From the human T2T-CHM13v2.0 reference genome, Homo sapiens, in the NCBI RefSeq assembly GCF_009914755.1, contig NC_060926.1: a stretch of 64,000 nucleotides of DNA. One strand, given 5' to 3'. The notes below the pieces were generated by a model, which saw only the letters and a program-made list of their open reading frames with translations, was not told the DNA's origin and did no database searches. Positions 44,288 through 59,451 of the stretch are shown here, piece by piece. Positions within the stretch are counted from its first letter, which is position 1; every line of letters starts with the position of its first letter. Made by a program: the position numbers and the translations under genes.

Positions 44288-44790
44288 ATATCAGTTATCT
44301 AGTGTGGTGTAACAAACCACTCCATAAAGGAATGGCTTAAACCAGCTTAAACATTAATTAGCTTAAACATTAATTAGCTCACGAAACTGTGGTTTGGCCT
44401 GGTGCTGCTTCTGCTCTTGGCTGGACCTGCTCATACATCTATGATGAGTTGGTGGACCAGCTGACAGCTGGCGTACTCTCATGTGTTTGGGTTGGTTGGT
44501 TGTATGTTGGTCTGGGATGTTTTCAGCTGGGACAAGTAGGCTGTCCTCTTCTCATCTTCAATAACTATGTCAGGGTTATTAGGGAGACGGAGAAAGAGAA
44601 GGGGAGAGAAAGAGGAAGAGCAGAAGAGAGAGAGAGAAAGGAAGAGTATGCAAGGCCTCTTGAGGTCTGAGCTCAGAGCAAGCATGTAGTCATTTCCACC
44701 CCTTGTCAGGAGGCGCTACAAAGTCACATTGCAAACAGTGTGGATAGAGAGACGCATGCAAAATCGATGCCATTATTAATTTCCCATAGG
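44288..44790 (-). mobile_element. Old MLT1 LTR with a 16-bp tandem duplication
   Basis: tcagttatctagtgtggtgtaacaaaccactcc...aaagtcacattgcaaa; agcttaaacattaatt at 44344-44359 and 44360-44375. Confidence 0.65.
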
Positions 44791-45099
44791 TGGGAATATC
44801 ACACCTCTGCTAGTCTGGTTTTGGTTGTTGCTGTTTTGTGATGCCAAACTAGAATGGGTGGAGAGGAATACTGAACTAGAGAGGAGAGAACTGGAACACA
44901 GAGAATTGCTGTGGGTTGAATGTCAGAAAGAATTTTGGGGATGTGACAAATGAGAGGCTTTGGCGTAACTTCTGTATAGAAAAGAAATGAGGATGAGAGG
45001 CCATGGTTTAGCAATCTGATCCCTTCTGATATTCCCTGAGACATGCAAGCAAAGAGTAGAATTTCCATTAAGCTACTTTTTGGCTACTGAATCACATAT

Positions 45100-45385
45100 A
45101 TACGTATATTTGAGACAGATTCTCCCTCTGTTGCCCAGGCTAGAGTGCAGTGGTGCGATCTTGGCTCACTGCAACCTCTGCCTACAGGTTCTCCTGCCTC
45201 AGCCTCCCGAGTAGCTGGGACTACAGGCACACACCACCTCACCCAGCTAACTTTTTTGTATTTTTAGTAGAGATGGGGTTTCACCCCATTGGCCAGGTTG
45301 GTTTCAAACTCCTGACCTCAAGTGATCTGCCTGTCTTGGCCTCCCAAAGTGCTAGGATTACAGGCATGAGCCACCACACCCGGCC
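45100..45385 (-). mobile_element. AluS-type element with eroded tail
   Basis: Alu reverse complement; degenerate TSD tgaatcacatat / tgaaccacgtat. Confidence 0.9.
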
Positions 45386-46759
45386 TGAACCACGTATTTT
45401 TTTTTAACACAACTGTAAGACAGTTATGTAGGTTTCTAGGACTTATTTGTATTAAGCATTTAGACATTCAAAGGAAGGCCTTGAAAAAAGAAAACTCTAG
45501 CAAACTGGAGGAAAAGTAAATCATTGATTTTTTTCCTTCCTCAGGAGAATAATCAATCATATTTAGATGTTTAATATTTCCTGAGCACTATCAAGTTCAG
45601 CATGTCAAAATTTTGAGCGAATCCAGGGTTCTCTGAAGGCTTTGTGAATTTAGTTTTTTCAAACATCCATAGAAATGTAAAGAAATAATGTTATTGACTA
45701 GCTCTTAGGTGTACAATGCTGCCAGTGTATTTCAGCACTTGGCAGATAGCTCCTCTGAGTCCACACTTTTGTTCATCCATTTCTACCCTGATGGTGTCGG
45801 TGCTTGAAATCTAGAATACCTGTGGTATGAATGGAAGGTGCCTTGGAAGCCACAGCTTAAGGGTCTGAAAGTTAACCCACCGTGTCTTCATCCTGACTTC
45901 ACCGTTGACCAACTGTGTGAACTTGGACACACTTTCTGACCTGTCTAAGCTTGTTTTTAACCTTAGAGTGAGATAACAATCCTTTTGTTAACAATTCGAG
46001 ATTATTACAAGAATTTAGGATAACATATCATCAGTGTCTACCACATAAATATTCAGATTCCTCAAAAGAGGCTATAGACCAGCTTTTATTGTGCTGGGGT
46101 CAAGTTGCTTCAGATTCTCCAATGGTCACATAAGCTTGTTTAAAGTCCCGTGTCAGGAAGCCATTGAACCCACAGTGACGTTTCCTTTACTTATTGTTTG
46201 TAGGAGAGAACCAAACGCATAGCTATCAACTTAGGTGTGGTGCTAACTTTGCCATTGAGGCCATTTGGAAATTAATCAATAATCAGATATAGTTTTCATT
46301 TTTCATATCTTTATTCCAGATCTTAAGACACTTACAATTTAGTTGCGGAGAAAAGGAACAGAAAACATTAAAATGCAGCAAGTATCTACTCAAATGATAA
46401 ATGTGGAGTTTTAGGGCAAGGAGAGATAAGTAAAGGCTGAAGTATATCCTGAAGGCTGGACAGGTTTTCAGCATATAAAGGTGGCAAAAGAAACACTCTG
46501 AAAGTTACCTGGAGGTGGATATAGACTAGAAAAGAAGCTAAAAATTAGGGAGATGGGGGCAGGGGCTGATTAGGTAAGTAGAAGGTAGATGATGGAGGGT
46601 TTGAAAGCCAGGCAGAAGACTCCTGATGGGGCAGAAACCTAGAGTACCACAAACTAACAATTGCTGAACAAGTGAGAGAAATCATGATTAGTTTCAGAGC
46701 CTGGAATCATGTGTTGATTGGCAGGATGTCAAGCATATGGTGATGAAACCTGGCCTAAT

Positions 46760-46795
46760 ATGGTGGTGGTGGTGGTGGTTGGGTGGTGGTGGTGG
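46760..46795. repeat. (TGG)n trinucleotide repeat, one interruption
   Basis: tggtggtggtggtggtggttgggtggtggtggtgg. Confidence 0.9.
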
Positions 46796-47631
46796 CAGAA
46801 GAAAATCTCAAAGACTCTACTATTAGAGTATCAGAGAGCTGTAGGTTCTAAGCCCATTTTGTCCAGATTGACCCAACACAATTCTGGCCCATGCATCTGC
46901 TCTGGGCAAAGATTCAGAAGGCAAAAGGTGCTCTGTTGGATACTGGCTGGGTGAGCTGAGATTGCCTCTCCTTATTGTCAACTTCTCTGAAGCCAGAGTA
47001 TTGCCTATTAGATGCTTACAAGCAATGCCTCATCCTTCAAATGTTTAAGAAACAGAAATGAGAATAGTGTGCCTCATCTGGCAGCTTGTTATAACAGCTA
47101 AAATTTCCTTTACAGCTGAATTCTACAATAAAACAGAGAACAGTTTCTCTTCATATCTCTGGGCAAGGACCAAGTAGAAAAGTGGAACATGGGATGGAAT
47201 AGCATGGGTCATCCCCTCAGTCACTAATGTTCATCGTTGCCTTCTTCAGACTGTCAGTTACAGATAAACTGGCTCACACAACATTGCAGGGAAAACTCAA
47301 GGTCAAACATGTCTTCTGATTCAAGTATCAGTGGACTTTTCTGCCAACCTAAGGATGAGAACTTAAATGTTTTCCTGTGACTTCTAAATAAGTAATATCT
47401 ATGTTTCCAAGCTGGCATTCAGCATAGAACAAAGGAGGGAAAAGACTGCACCAAAGAAGCCCAAGAGTCAAGGCCAATTCCGTTTTCACTTGAGATGTTT
47501 TCTTATTGAGAAGGTCTGTCAGGATGGATGGGGGAGAGTGAGAGGGAGTCATTCTCTTAAAGGGGGAATCATACTAACATTTTAAACTTGGAAATTTACC
47601 TCCCAAAAGTCTCTATAAGAATTAACATGTT

Positions 47632-48680
47632 TTTGGTTTATTTTTTAGTTTTTAACTTTTATTTTAGGTTTGGGGGTACAAGTGTAGGTTTGTTATATAG
47701 GTAAATTGCGTGTCGCAGGGGTTTGTTGTACAGGTTATTTCATGATTCAGTTAATAAGCATAGTATCCAATAGGTATTTTCTCTGATCCTCTCTGTCCTC
47801 CCTGCTCCACCCTCAAGTAGGACCCCATGTGTGTTGTTCCCCTCTTAATGTCTATGTGTTCTTGTTGTTTAGCTCCCACTTATAAATGAGAACATGCAGT
47901 ATTTGGTTTTCAGTTCCTGTGTTAGTTTGCTAAGGATAGTGGCCTCCAGCTCCATCCATGTTGCTTCAAAGGACCTGATCTCATTCATTTTTATGGCTGC
48001 ATAGAATTCCATGGTGTAAATGTGCCACACTTTCTTTATCCAGTCAACTGTCGATGGACATTTAGGTTGATTCCATGTCTTTGCTATTGTGAACAGTGCT
48101 TCAGTGAACAATTGCATGCATGTGTCCTTGTGGTAGAATGATTTCTATTCCTTTGGTTGTATACCCAATAATAGGATTACTGGGTTGAATGGTAATTCTG
48201 TTTTAAGTTCTTTGAAGAATCACCACACTGTTTTCCACAATGACTAAAATAATATACACTCCCACCGGCAGTGCATAAATATTTCCTTTTCTCAAGAAAT
48301 GAGATCATGTCCTTTGCAGGAACATGGATGAAGCTGGAAGCCATCATCCTCACCAAACTAATGCAGGAACAGAAAACCAAACACCACATGTTCTCACTCA
48401 TAAGTGGGAGCTAAACAATGAGAACACATGGACACAGGGAGGGGAATGACACACACTGGGGCCTGTTGGGCGTGGGGAGGGAGAGCATCAGGACAAATAG
48501 CTAATGCATGCAGGGCTTAATACCTAGGTGATGGGTTGATAGGTGCAGCAAACCACCATGGCACATGTTTACCTATGTAACAAACCTGCACATTCTGCAC
48601 ATGTATCTTGGAACTTAAAGTAAAATAAAATAAGTTTTCTTTTCTCTGCAACCTCGCCACCATCTGACTTTTTAATAACC
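47632..48680 (-). mobile_element. Older L1P (L1PB-like) 3' fragment split by an opposite-strand L1PA
   Basis: L1 3'UTR reverse complement 47632-48293, resuming at ~48634 (ttttctctgcaacctcgccaccatctg). Confidence 0.85.
48294..48630 (+). mobile_element. L1PA 3' end inserted into the older L1
   Basis: aatgagatcatgtcctttgcagg...gaacttaaagtaaaataaaataa; degenerate TSD ataaatatttccttttctc / ataagttttctttttctc. Confidence 0.85.
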
Positions 48681-49069
48681 AAGGAATTAACCTTTTAAAG
48701 AAAATTAAAAGCCATTCAAATTTAAAGCCATTCAATAGGTAGTCACTAAGGGCTCGCTGTGCCAGACTGTCCCAGGTGTTTACTGAATACATCAGTAAAT
48801 GACACAAGTCCCTGCTCATGTGGGGTTTACTTGAGAGTGAAGTAAAACAGAAAAGAGCCTGTAGAAATATACTGTCCAGTTTTCATAGTGCTAAGAAGAC
48901 TAAGTCTGGAAACAGGGATGAAGAGGGATAGAGCTGGTGATGGTGGTGTGCTCTTTTAGACATGCTGCAAAGGGTGGGCCTCTGCACTATGGTGGTATCA
49001 GAAGGAAGTTAGGGACTGAGCCACATGGTCATCTAGCAAAAGACTGTTCCCTGAAGAGGAACCAGAACG

Positions 49070-49242
49070 TAGGGCTGCCAGATAAAATGCAAGATGCTGG
49101 TTTGAGTTGAAATCAAATAAAAAGCAAGTTTTTTTAGTGTAAGTATATCCTAAATATTGCATAAGATATATTAAGTCAGTTTATCTAAAATTCTACTTGA
49201 ACCAGGAGTGCTGTATTTTGGTTTGCTGAATCTAGCAACCCT
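49070..49242. mobile_element. MER53 palindromic hAT MITE within an L2 fragment
   Basis: tagggctgccagataaaatgcaag...tgtattttggtttgctgaatctagcaaccct inverted termini. Confidence 0.75.
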
Positions 49243-50544
49243 CACCAGGTCTTGAGGAAAGGGTGTGCTTGGTGTGTTCAAGGAACAGCAAGAAGGCCAC
49301 AGAGTGAGCAAGGGGAAGACTGATAGGAGGTGAGGTCCTGACGGGAGCAGGTGGCTGGGTCACAGCGGGCCCTGTGGGCAGCTGTAATGACCTTGACCTT
49401 GGCTTCTCCTGTGGGTGTGAAGGGAAACAGTGGGAGGCTTAGAGCAGAGAAGTGTCAAGATTCATTCATTTTTTTCAACTGTTGAATGAATTTCATTCAA
49501 TATTCATTCAAACAAATTATTGGATACCTATTAGTATTCAAGTGAGCTAGGACAATGTTCTTGCTTTCCAGGTGCTCATCAACTGTCTGGGGGGGATAAC
49601 AGTTAACAAAGCAGTTAAGCAACAATCTAAATGTTCAGCATTGGTAGTTCAGCTCAGAGTACCATAGGTGGATGGATTAACTGGGTCAGAAAAGTCTGGG
49701 AAGCATTTTGGAAGAGGTTGTACTAGCTGGTCCAGGAAGGACGGGTGAGAAGGGTCATATTTTTCTCCTATTTCAAGTATGGAGATGCCATCCTTTAAAA
49801 TGTGAGTGGGGCTCCGCGGGCATTGTAGCCTCTGCATCCAATGTCACCTGGGGACAGTGCTTTCCCAGTACATCTCAGATGTCCCATCCAGAACCAGATG
49901 GATTTCAGGAACAGCAGGAATTCCAAGTAAAGGGCCAGATAGCCGGAACTCTCTGAAGAGAGCCAAAGTAGATCTTCTCCACCCTGACATACCACAGGCA
50001 TAGCCTTTGCCAGGAGTAGAAATATGAGCCTCAGTACCTGTGTATTTAATAAATTCACCATTACTTTTCCTTGAGGATTCCTGCCTGTGAGATATTAGCA
50101 CCCAGCAAAATTCTTGGCATACTGCAGAAGCTGATCAGTGTTTGTGGAATAAGTATCTAATTTGTGCATCATTTTGCAGAAAAATTTTGAAGTGTTTTTG
50201 AATAATCAGCTTCATTGATTAGCTTTAATTTAACTCATTTTTTTTTCAAGCTTTCTCAGTATAGAAGAGATCTTGTGTCCTCTGGCTTTTCTGAAATGTC
50301 CAGTGAACTTCACAGAAGGGCTACACCTATAGTCTGGAGCCAGGGGCCCAGGGTCTAGAATCTCCTGGATCTCAATTCCTAAAGCACTTCTGGGAAATAC
50401 AGTTGGTGCAGGTCCCCCAAGCAAAAAACCTGGTTATGACTGGAGAGACAGTCTGTGTGCAAGCCACTCCCTGAAAACTCAACTGCTACAAAGGCTGCTG
50501 GCACTCTCTGAAGATGGGTCAGAAACAAGTTCCCGGAAACTCCC

Positions 50545-50977
50545 TGTATTAGTTTTCCAGGGCTGTCATAAAAATTACCACAAATTGGGTAGCTTAAAAC
50601 AACAGAAATCCATTCTCTCCCAGTTCTGGAAGTGAGACGTCTGACTTGGCAGGTCCTCTCTGAAGGCTCCAGCAGAATATTCCTCCCTGCCGCTTCCGGT
50701 GGCTCCAAGAGTTCCTTGGCTTTCGGCCACATCACTCCAAACTCTGCCTCTGTGGTCACATTGCGTCTCCTCTTCTGTCTCAAAACTCCCACTGCCTCTC
50801 TCTTGTAATAAGGACATTTGTCATTGGATTTAGGGTCCACCTGGATGATTTTATCTCAAGATCCTTAAGTTAATGACATCTGCAAAGGCCCTTTCTCCAA
50901 ATAAGTTCACATTCACAGGTTCCAGGGGTTAGGACATGAACATATCTTTTGGGGGAGACATCATCCAACTCACTACA
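50545..50977 (-). mobile_element. MLT1B/C-like solo LTR
   Basis: tgtattagttttccagggctgtcataa...catccaactcactaca. Confidence 0.85.
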
Positions 50978-51079
50978 CCCCCAAAATATAAGACAGTGAA
51001 GGAACCAAGAGAAGAGGAAAGTTAATAAATACGGTGAAAGCTACGAGGTTGCTGGTACTGTATAATATGTGCAGACACA

Positions 51080-51560
51080 TGTCACAGCAAATGCTGTCAT
51101 CATCCTATCCATATTCCCTCAGCACTCACCACTCTCATACACACCAATGGCTTCTACCTGTATGCACCTCTCACTCTCTGCCTAAGGGCTTTCTCTGCTT
51201 GCTGCATTGTGTTTGGCCCGGGGGCAGATGAGGCCAACTAAAAACATCAAAGCGTTAATGCCCTGGGGAGAAGATGTTGAATAGAAGTTGGGGGCCAATA
51301 CCTTAGATTCTTACTCTGGTGGTTCCACTTGAGAAAAGCAAGTTCTATTCAGTCTTTCAGAGGTCCCTAGTGGGACCAAGCTTTAATTGCCCACAGCAGT
51401 AACTTTCACGTTAATGTACTCAGTATTGGCTTCCTTCCTTTCTGCATCTCACTTCCCTTCTCCACTATGGATGCTTCCTGAGATCACCTCTTCAATAAAC
51501 TACCCGCACTCAAATATTTGGCACAGGGTCTGCTCCAGAGGGAACGCAACACGAGATGCA
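51080..51560 (+). mobile_element. LTR16-family LTR
   Basis: gatcacctcttcaataaactacccgcactcaaat...cagggtctgctccagagggaac, an LTR16-type 3' end. Confidence 0.6.
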
Positions 51561-51884
51561 CTTAAATATATATGCTTCCATTTCTGGAGTATTATGGCCA
51601 AGCATTGTGCTAAGAAATTCATTGTATCTAATTTGCTCATTAACAATAGCCCTTTGAGTCCCACATTATTGTCATTTTATAGATGCAGAAACAGAAGCTT
51701 AGAAAATAGAAGCATCTTGCTTAAGCGTTCACAGATTCGTAGTTTATGGAACAGTGTCATAAAAACTACCACAAACTTGGTAGCTTAAAACAACAGAAAG
51801 CTGGGATGTGAACTAGCTCTATGAGACTTCAAAATCCATGCCCCTGAACACTATATTATAGCATCTTCCAATATTAAAACTCCA

Positions 51885-53900
<2,016 letters not shown>

Positions 53901-55532
53901 GGGCTCATTTATCTTCTTTGAAGGAACTATGTTTGTCTTTTCTTCTTTCCTCTCTGGAGAAATGGATTGGCCCTGAAAAGTCCTTATTTCAGGGCAGTTA
54001 GCCGATTGCTGATGGTTTTAGCAGGAATTGTTTCAATGATGTTGGAAAGAGGAAGAAATCCAGACAGTTAAGAAATAACTGAGAGATAAGGTGGCTTGGC
54101 GAGTCTAAACCTCTCATGCAAGAAGCTTTGTTGGGAAGAAGAGGGATTACATACAGGGAGAATGATGTAGAATGCCCCTTGTTCCCCAGTGGGTGTGCTT
54201 CCAAAATAGATGGCTGGGGCTATGAGGAAAATTTAGAACATTTTTTTTTTTCCTGCTGAAGCTAATGAGTCCCCAGGGGAGCTGAGTTTGTAGCTACAGC
54301 TTCATTAGTATCATCCCAGCTGAACTGACAGGCTGGAGAGTACCCAGGCTTCAGGCAAGCATCAGCAGTCAAATCCAAGATCAGCGGACGGGTAAAGTTA
54401 TTTACTACATCAGGCAGACAGGGTGGGTGTCTGTCCATGTTATCTACAAAATGCTACATCATAGTATGTGAGGTCTGGCATGAGGGGATCTGAGTGTAGT
54501 CAGCTGAAATTTTGAGAAACCTTTCCTATTTATGTCCCAAAGGAACAACAAAATATTTAAATAGAGATGAGCATCGTGGGCCCTCGGACATTTTAATGGG
54601 ACAGATCTGAAGAAGGGCAATGGATTTGGATGTGGTCAGGACTTTCCATGTCATCAAATCAGCAGGCCCAATGCAACAGTACTTTCTGAACATCATTTTT
54701 CAGTTACACGTCAGTTTGTCTGTAAAATAAGGAGAACTGAGCTCATTGTGCTGTAAATATAACTGATGAGGGCAAGTGGAATTCTCTTCAACTCAGAAAC
54801 TATTTGAATAATTTCCCAAATCCTATGTTTTGTTGCATATATATATTTTTTCTTCCAGGAAGATGGGTCCTCAAATCAGGAAGGAGTCAAGACTCCTTGA
54901 GCAGGGTAAGTAGTGAAAACCTAAGCAACCTTCATCCAACCCAAAACTCAGGGCCTCCATCCCCTGGACAGCCCATGTCCCTCAGGACAGACTGGGGGCT
55001 CAGATGTTTCTCATAGACAAGGAAGGAATCTTTGGATTGGCCACTCCTGGATTCCCTGGCTCGGAACACACATTCAGGTGAATCAGCCATACAGCATCAT
55101 TCTAAGGCCATGCTCAAGTCATTGCCATCAGGTGAGTTTACCATACATTCCAACCCAGCATAACTTTGCATGGCTCTCACATTCTTATCATGCCATTTTT
55201 CTGCAATTTTCCTTGGGCCAGGTATGCTGAGGAGCATTGCAGCCAGGTGCCAGCAGCAGCAATACAATCTACAACTACAAAAAGAACAACAAACACAATA
55301 ATGACGAAGCTCATCCAAGCACTAGGGAGTAGATCTTGGATGCGCCATGGCAGGCCTGTGGAGGAGGAGGGGGCAGCTCTCTGCAGGCCTGAAATTCTGT
55401 TTTGTTCTCAAGAAAGGCCATCTTCTGTGGCCAGTTGGCAAAGAAGTTTGCTGCACACCATCAACGGGTGGATGGTGAGATGTTTAGTGGGTGCAAGAAA
55501 CATGGCCATTTAGCAAGACACAGGAAGTTGTA

Positions 55533-55885
55533 TGTATTAGTTTGTTCTCATGCTGATAATAAAGACATACCCAAGACTGGGTAATTTATAAAGAAAAAAG
55601 GTTTAACTGACTCACAGTTCCACATGGCTGGGGAGGCCTCACAATTATGGCAGAAGGCAAGGAGGAGTAAAGGCACGTCTTACATGGCAGCAGACAAGAG
55701 TGAGCTTGTGCACGGGAACTCCCATTTATAAAACCATCAGGACTTGTGAGACTTACTACCATGAGAACAGTATCAGGAAAACAACCCCCATGATTCAATT
55801 ATCTCCAACTGGCCCCACCCTTGATGTGTGAGGATTATTACAATTTAAGGTGAGATTTGGGTGGGGACACAGCCAAACCATATCA
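55533..55885 (-). mobile_element. THE1-family LTR nested in the provirus
   Basis: tgtattagtttgttctcatgctgataataaagacatacc...aaaccatatca. Confidence 0.88.
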
Positions 55886-56639
55886 TTATGTCTTTCTGAG
55901 AGAACACCACCCCTGGTCTGATGCCTGGTTTATTGTCCAAATGGATTTTTCCCCTTCTGTGACACGTGGCAGAAGGCCAGAGCAAGATACCAGGACACTG
56001 CAATGTTCCACAATGAGAGGATGATCGGCCCCCTGCACAAGGGGACTCACCATCCCAGAGTGCGAGTAGGGTACAAAATAGGTGTGACCTATATCACCTG
56101 TTTTAGGCCCTTCCCCCATGGGGTGAGAAAACTGAACTGGTAGGGGCTGGTTTGCTATTTCTGGGGCTACTTAATGATGTGGTCCCTGGTGGGCAGGTCA
56201 TGTGGTAAGGGCAACAGCAGGTTGCCTTGAGCCCCAGGCTGGGGCAAAGGTGTGTCAGGAATTAGGCCCTGTCCTCCTGTATGAAGGGGGGAACCTGTAG
56301 AGTCCAGTGGTCTCTGTCAAAGACTGTCCTTCAGTTGTGACATAAAGTGACAGGGCCAAGCACCAAATGGAACTTGGTGCTCAAGGGGCTACCAGTCAAT
56401 GTGCTCTTCTGTTGCAGGCATGCATGGCATCTGGCCACAGTCTGTGTCTGGGTATTCCCAGACCTCAGTCTCTGAAAAGCATCCTCCAGCCAACCTGCCA
56501 TGGGGTTCTGAGTGTGCATCAGCATGAGGACACCCTCCACACCATCCTCCACTAGTTGCAAGACATGACATGCAGCAGAGTTGTTGCCCCATGACATTGT
56601 AATCCACCTTCAGCCCCCGGGACCAGAATCCTAAAGGCA

Positions 56640-58300
56640 CAAGTTTTATGTCCTTGCCTTTGCCACATGCCCCACTCAGACCCCTCAGGATAACCGGCCA
56701 CATCTAATTCAGGGATTGTCCCTGCACTAGAACCCACAAGGCTTGTGTTTGTTTCACTGCAGCTTTAGCTCATTCAAAAGCTGCATCCTCTCTCGTGGGC
56801 CCCTCCTAGCAGGCGCCTTTCTTGACTAAGTGGTATGGGGGCCTAAGGAATTGGGCCAGATGAGGAACAGAAGGAAGCCCTTACCCTAGAAGGCCTAGGA
56901 AGGTTTACTCTGCTTTGGTGCAGTGGGATGTGGATAAGCCTGCACCATATCCATAACCACACACAGAATGACTTTAGTCTCACCTGACCAGATGACATCC
57001 AAGTATTTGACTGACAAGCGTGGACCCTGGACTTTGTGCCAATTGCTCACCCTCTGTTGGCCGATTGAGGCAGCAGGGTTGGGGCATAGTTTGTAAACTG
57101 GAAAAGACTCTGAAGTTAGCATGGTATCATCAACGTAATGGAAACCACATACCCCCTCTGGGACAGTTTCCTAGGATAAGAGGGTAAAGGTCTATTCTCC
57201 TTCCCAGGTGAATGCATGTTGGCCTTGACTCTCTGCGGAAATGGGGATGCTGAAGAAGGCATTGGCTAAATCGATAACAAAATGGTATGTGCCCAGGGCC
57301 TCTCCTGTCCTCATCAGGAGGGAGGTGATATGGTTTGGATCTGTGTTCACATCAGAATTCATGTTGAAATGTAATCCCCATTGTTGGAGGTGGGGCCTGG
57401 TGGGAGGTGATTGGATTATGGGGGTGGATTTCTCATGAAGGGTTTAGTACCATCCCCTTGAAACTGTCCTCTGACAGTGAGTTCTCATGAGATCTGATTG
57501 TTTAAAAGTGTGTGGCACTTCCCTTCCTACTCCTCTTGCTCCTGCTCTGGCCATGTGATGTGCCTCCCGCTTCACCTTCCACCATATTGTAAGCTTCCTC
57601 AGTCCTCCCCAGAAGCTGAGCAGATGCCAGCACATTTCCTGCAAAGCCTGTAGAACTATGAGTCCATTAAACCTCTTTTCTTTATAAATTACCCCTTTTC
57701 AGGTATTTCTTTATGGCAATGCAAGAATGGCCTAATACAGGAGGTGATATTGGGAATAGCTGCATACATTGAGGGGACCATCTTATTTAATTCCTGGTCA
57801 TCTACTTTCATTCTCCACGTCCCATCATGCTTCTACACAGGCCACATAGGGCTGCCGTATGGGCTGAGTGCTGGCCTTCTAATGCCTACCCAGGCTAGCT
57901 CCTTAACAGCCCTGTGATCTCATCATGCCCTGCGGCAGACGGTACTGCTTCAGAGCTACTACTCACCCTGGGACTGGCAACTGTCCTGGTGCCCATTTCT
58001 CATTCTCCCAATCACATGCTTCACACCCAATTCTCAGTCGGAATCCCCCAGCAGTTGTTTGGAGGGTCAGGCATGATAATATAGCCATTCCCAAAAGGTA
58101 TTCTGGGATGGGAGCTGTGTATACTAAATACAGTTTTGGTGGCAGTCTCTCAACTTGTCACACTAGTCAACTTGCCTGACTTTCATGGCCCCCACCAATC
58201 TATTGCTGTTATAGACCCTTGGAACTGATAAACGTTAACATATGTGAGAGTACATTCGGTTCCAGTATCCACCAGGACAAGCACAGTCTATTTATTCTTA
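56640..58300 (-). pseudogene. Disrupted retroviral pro-pol (protease + reverse transcriptase)
   Basis: VLVLVDTGTECTL; DGTWRMKVDDQELNKMVPSMYAAIPNI; [36 protein letters not shown]; HYVDDTMLT; KVQGPRLSVKYLDVIWSG. Confidence 0.85.
57326..57739 (+). mobile_element. MSTA/B LTR inserted in RT
   Basis: tgatatggtttggatctgtg...cctaataca; TSD ggagg at 57321-57325 and 57740-57744. Confidence 0.9.
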
Positions 58301-58783
58301 GGGGACCAATATGTAGTTAGTTCTACCTGTGGCCTCTGGTCCCCAGACACCTGGACATCATTTCTCTTATCAGAATTCTGGAGCCTTGGCCTTCATCCTA
58401 GTCTAAAGGGGTTGGCACCTGCCATTCCCTCTGCACAGGGGGCAGCTGGCTGAACCTGAAGCTCCTTAGTGAAGCACTGTTTTCTGGCTTGCGCTTTGGC
58501 CATCATCCCACCAGAACAGCATTAGGCTGTTTAAGCCGTTTAATGAAAAGGTGTCCCTGCTACTACCAGGTTACATCACATTTGTCTGTGGGTCACCCTG
58601 ACAGGCCCCTTGGCTGTCTCCTTCCCTTTGGATCCCTTGTCTTTCATCCAAGCATGCATCCCTTGTCCACACAAGTTTCTTCATTTTTCCTAATTTGGTG
58701 GCCACCAAGGCCACCTGAGACCATGTTTTTCCTACCAGGAGGCTCAGGATAGACACTAGTGCACCAAAACATCGGTTGAGTAC

Positions 58784-59451
58784 TGACATGAGTGTTGCAA
58801 GGTTAGAGATAACCAGGTCTGTGCATATTTGTGTCTTTCCACAATGTCAGGCTTTATTGATGCTATTTCAATCACAAAAGTCACGAGCTGCATGGAGTTT
58901 CAAAGGAGGCAATTCTTAGTACTTCCCATTCACTCAGTGGTCAGAGCCATGGGCACTTCACCAGTCAGTCAATATTGCAAACCATACATAATAGTATGTG
59001 TAAAATATAAATGTTATAGATTAAGTATTCCACAACAAAGTAACTTTTAACATCAAGAGGAAAAAGATATAGGAGAAAGAGTTAATTAACCAGTCCAGGG
59101 GAGCAAAGAAGACAAAAAGAGTTCTGGTCTAGGCTGTTTCGCAAAGAAGAGTCTTTGATGTGGCAGAGCCCTAGGCAGCAGATGCTTAATTCTTATGAGT
59201 GGCTGCAAGATGATGTCAGTTAAGATGGCAGTTTTGAGCTGAAGGCCTGCTCTCTTACAGTCATGGAGTCCTCTGGTGAGAACTGGTGGAAGAGTGTGCT
59301 TGTTTGTGTTCTTATTGGTTGGATGCAGTCTTTATGTTTTTATTTGTTTATTAAGTAAAATGTCTTATGCTTATTGGCAAAGTACTCTCTGAAATATAAA
59401 ATGAAGCCTTTTTCTAAAATACAGTTAGTTATGTCAAGGGTGCTCTATCCA
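58784..59451 (-). mobile_element. LTR47-like solo LTR inserted in gag
   Basis: Ends ...ttatgtcaagggtgctctatcca (LTR47 start reversed); perfect TSD agtac at 58779-58783 and 59452-59456. Confidence 0.75.
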
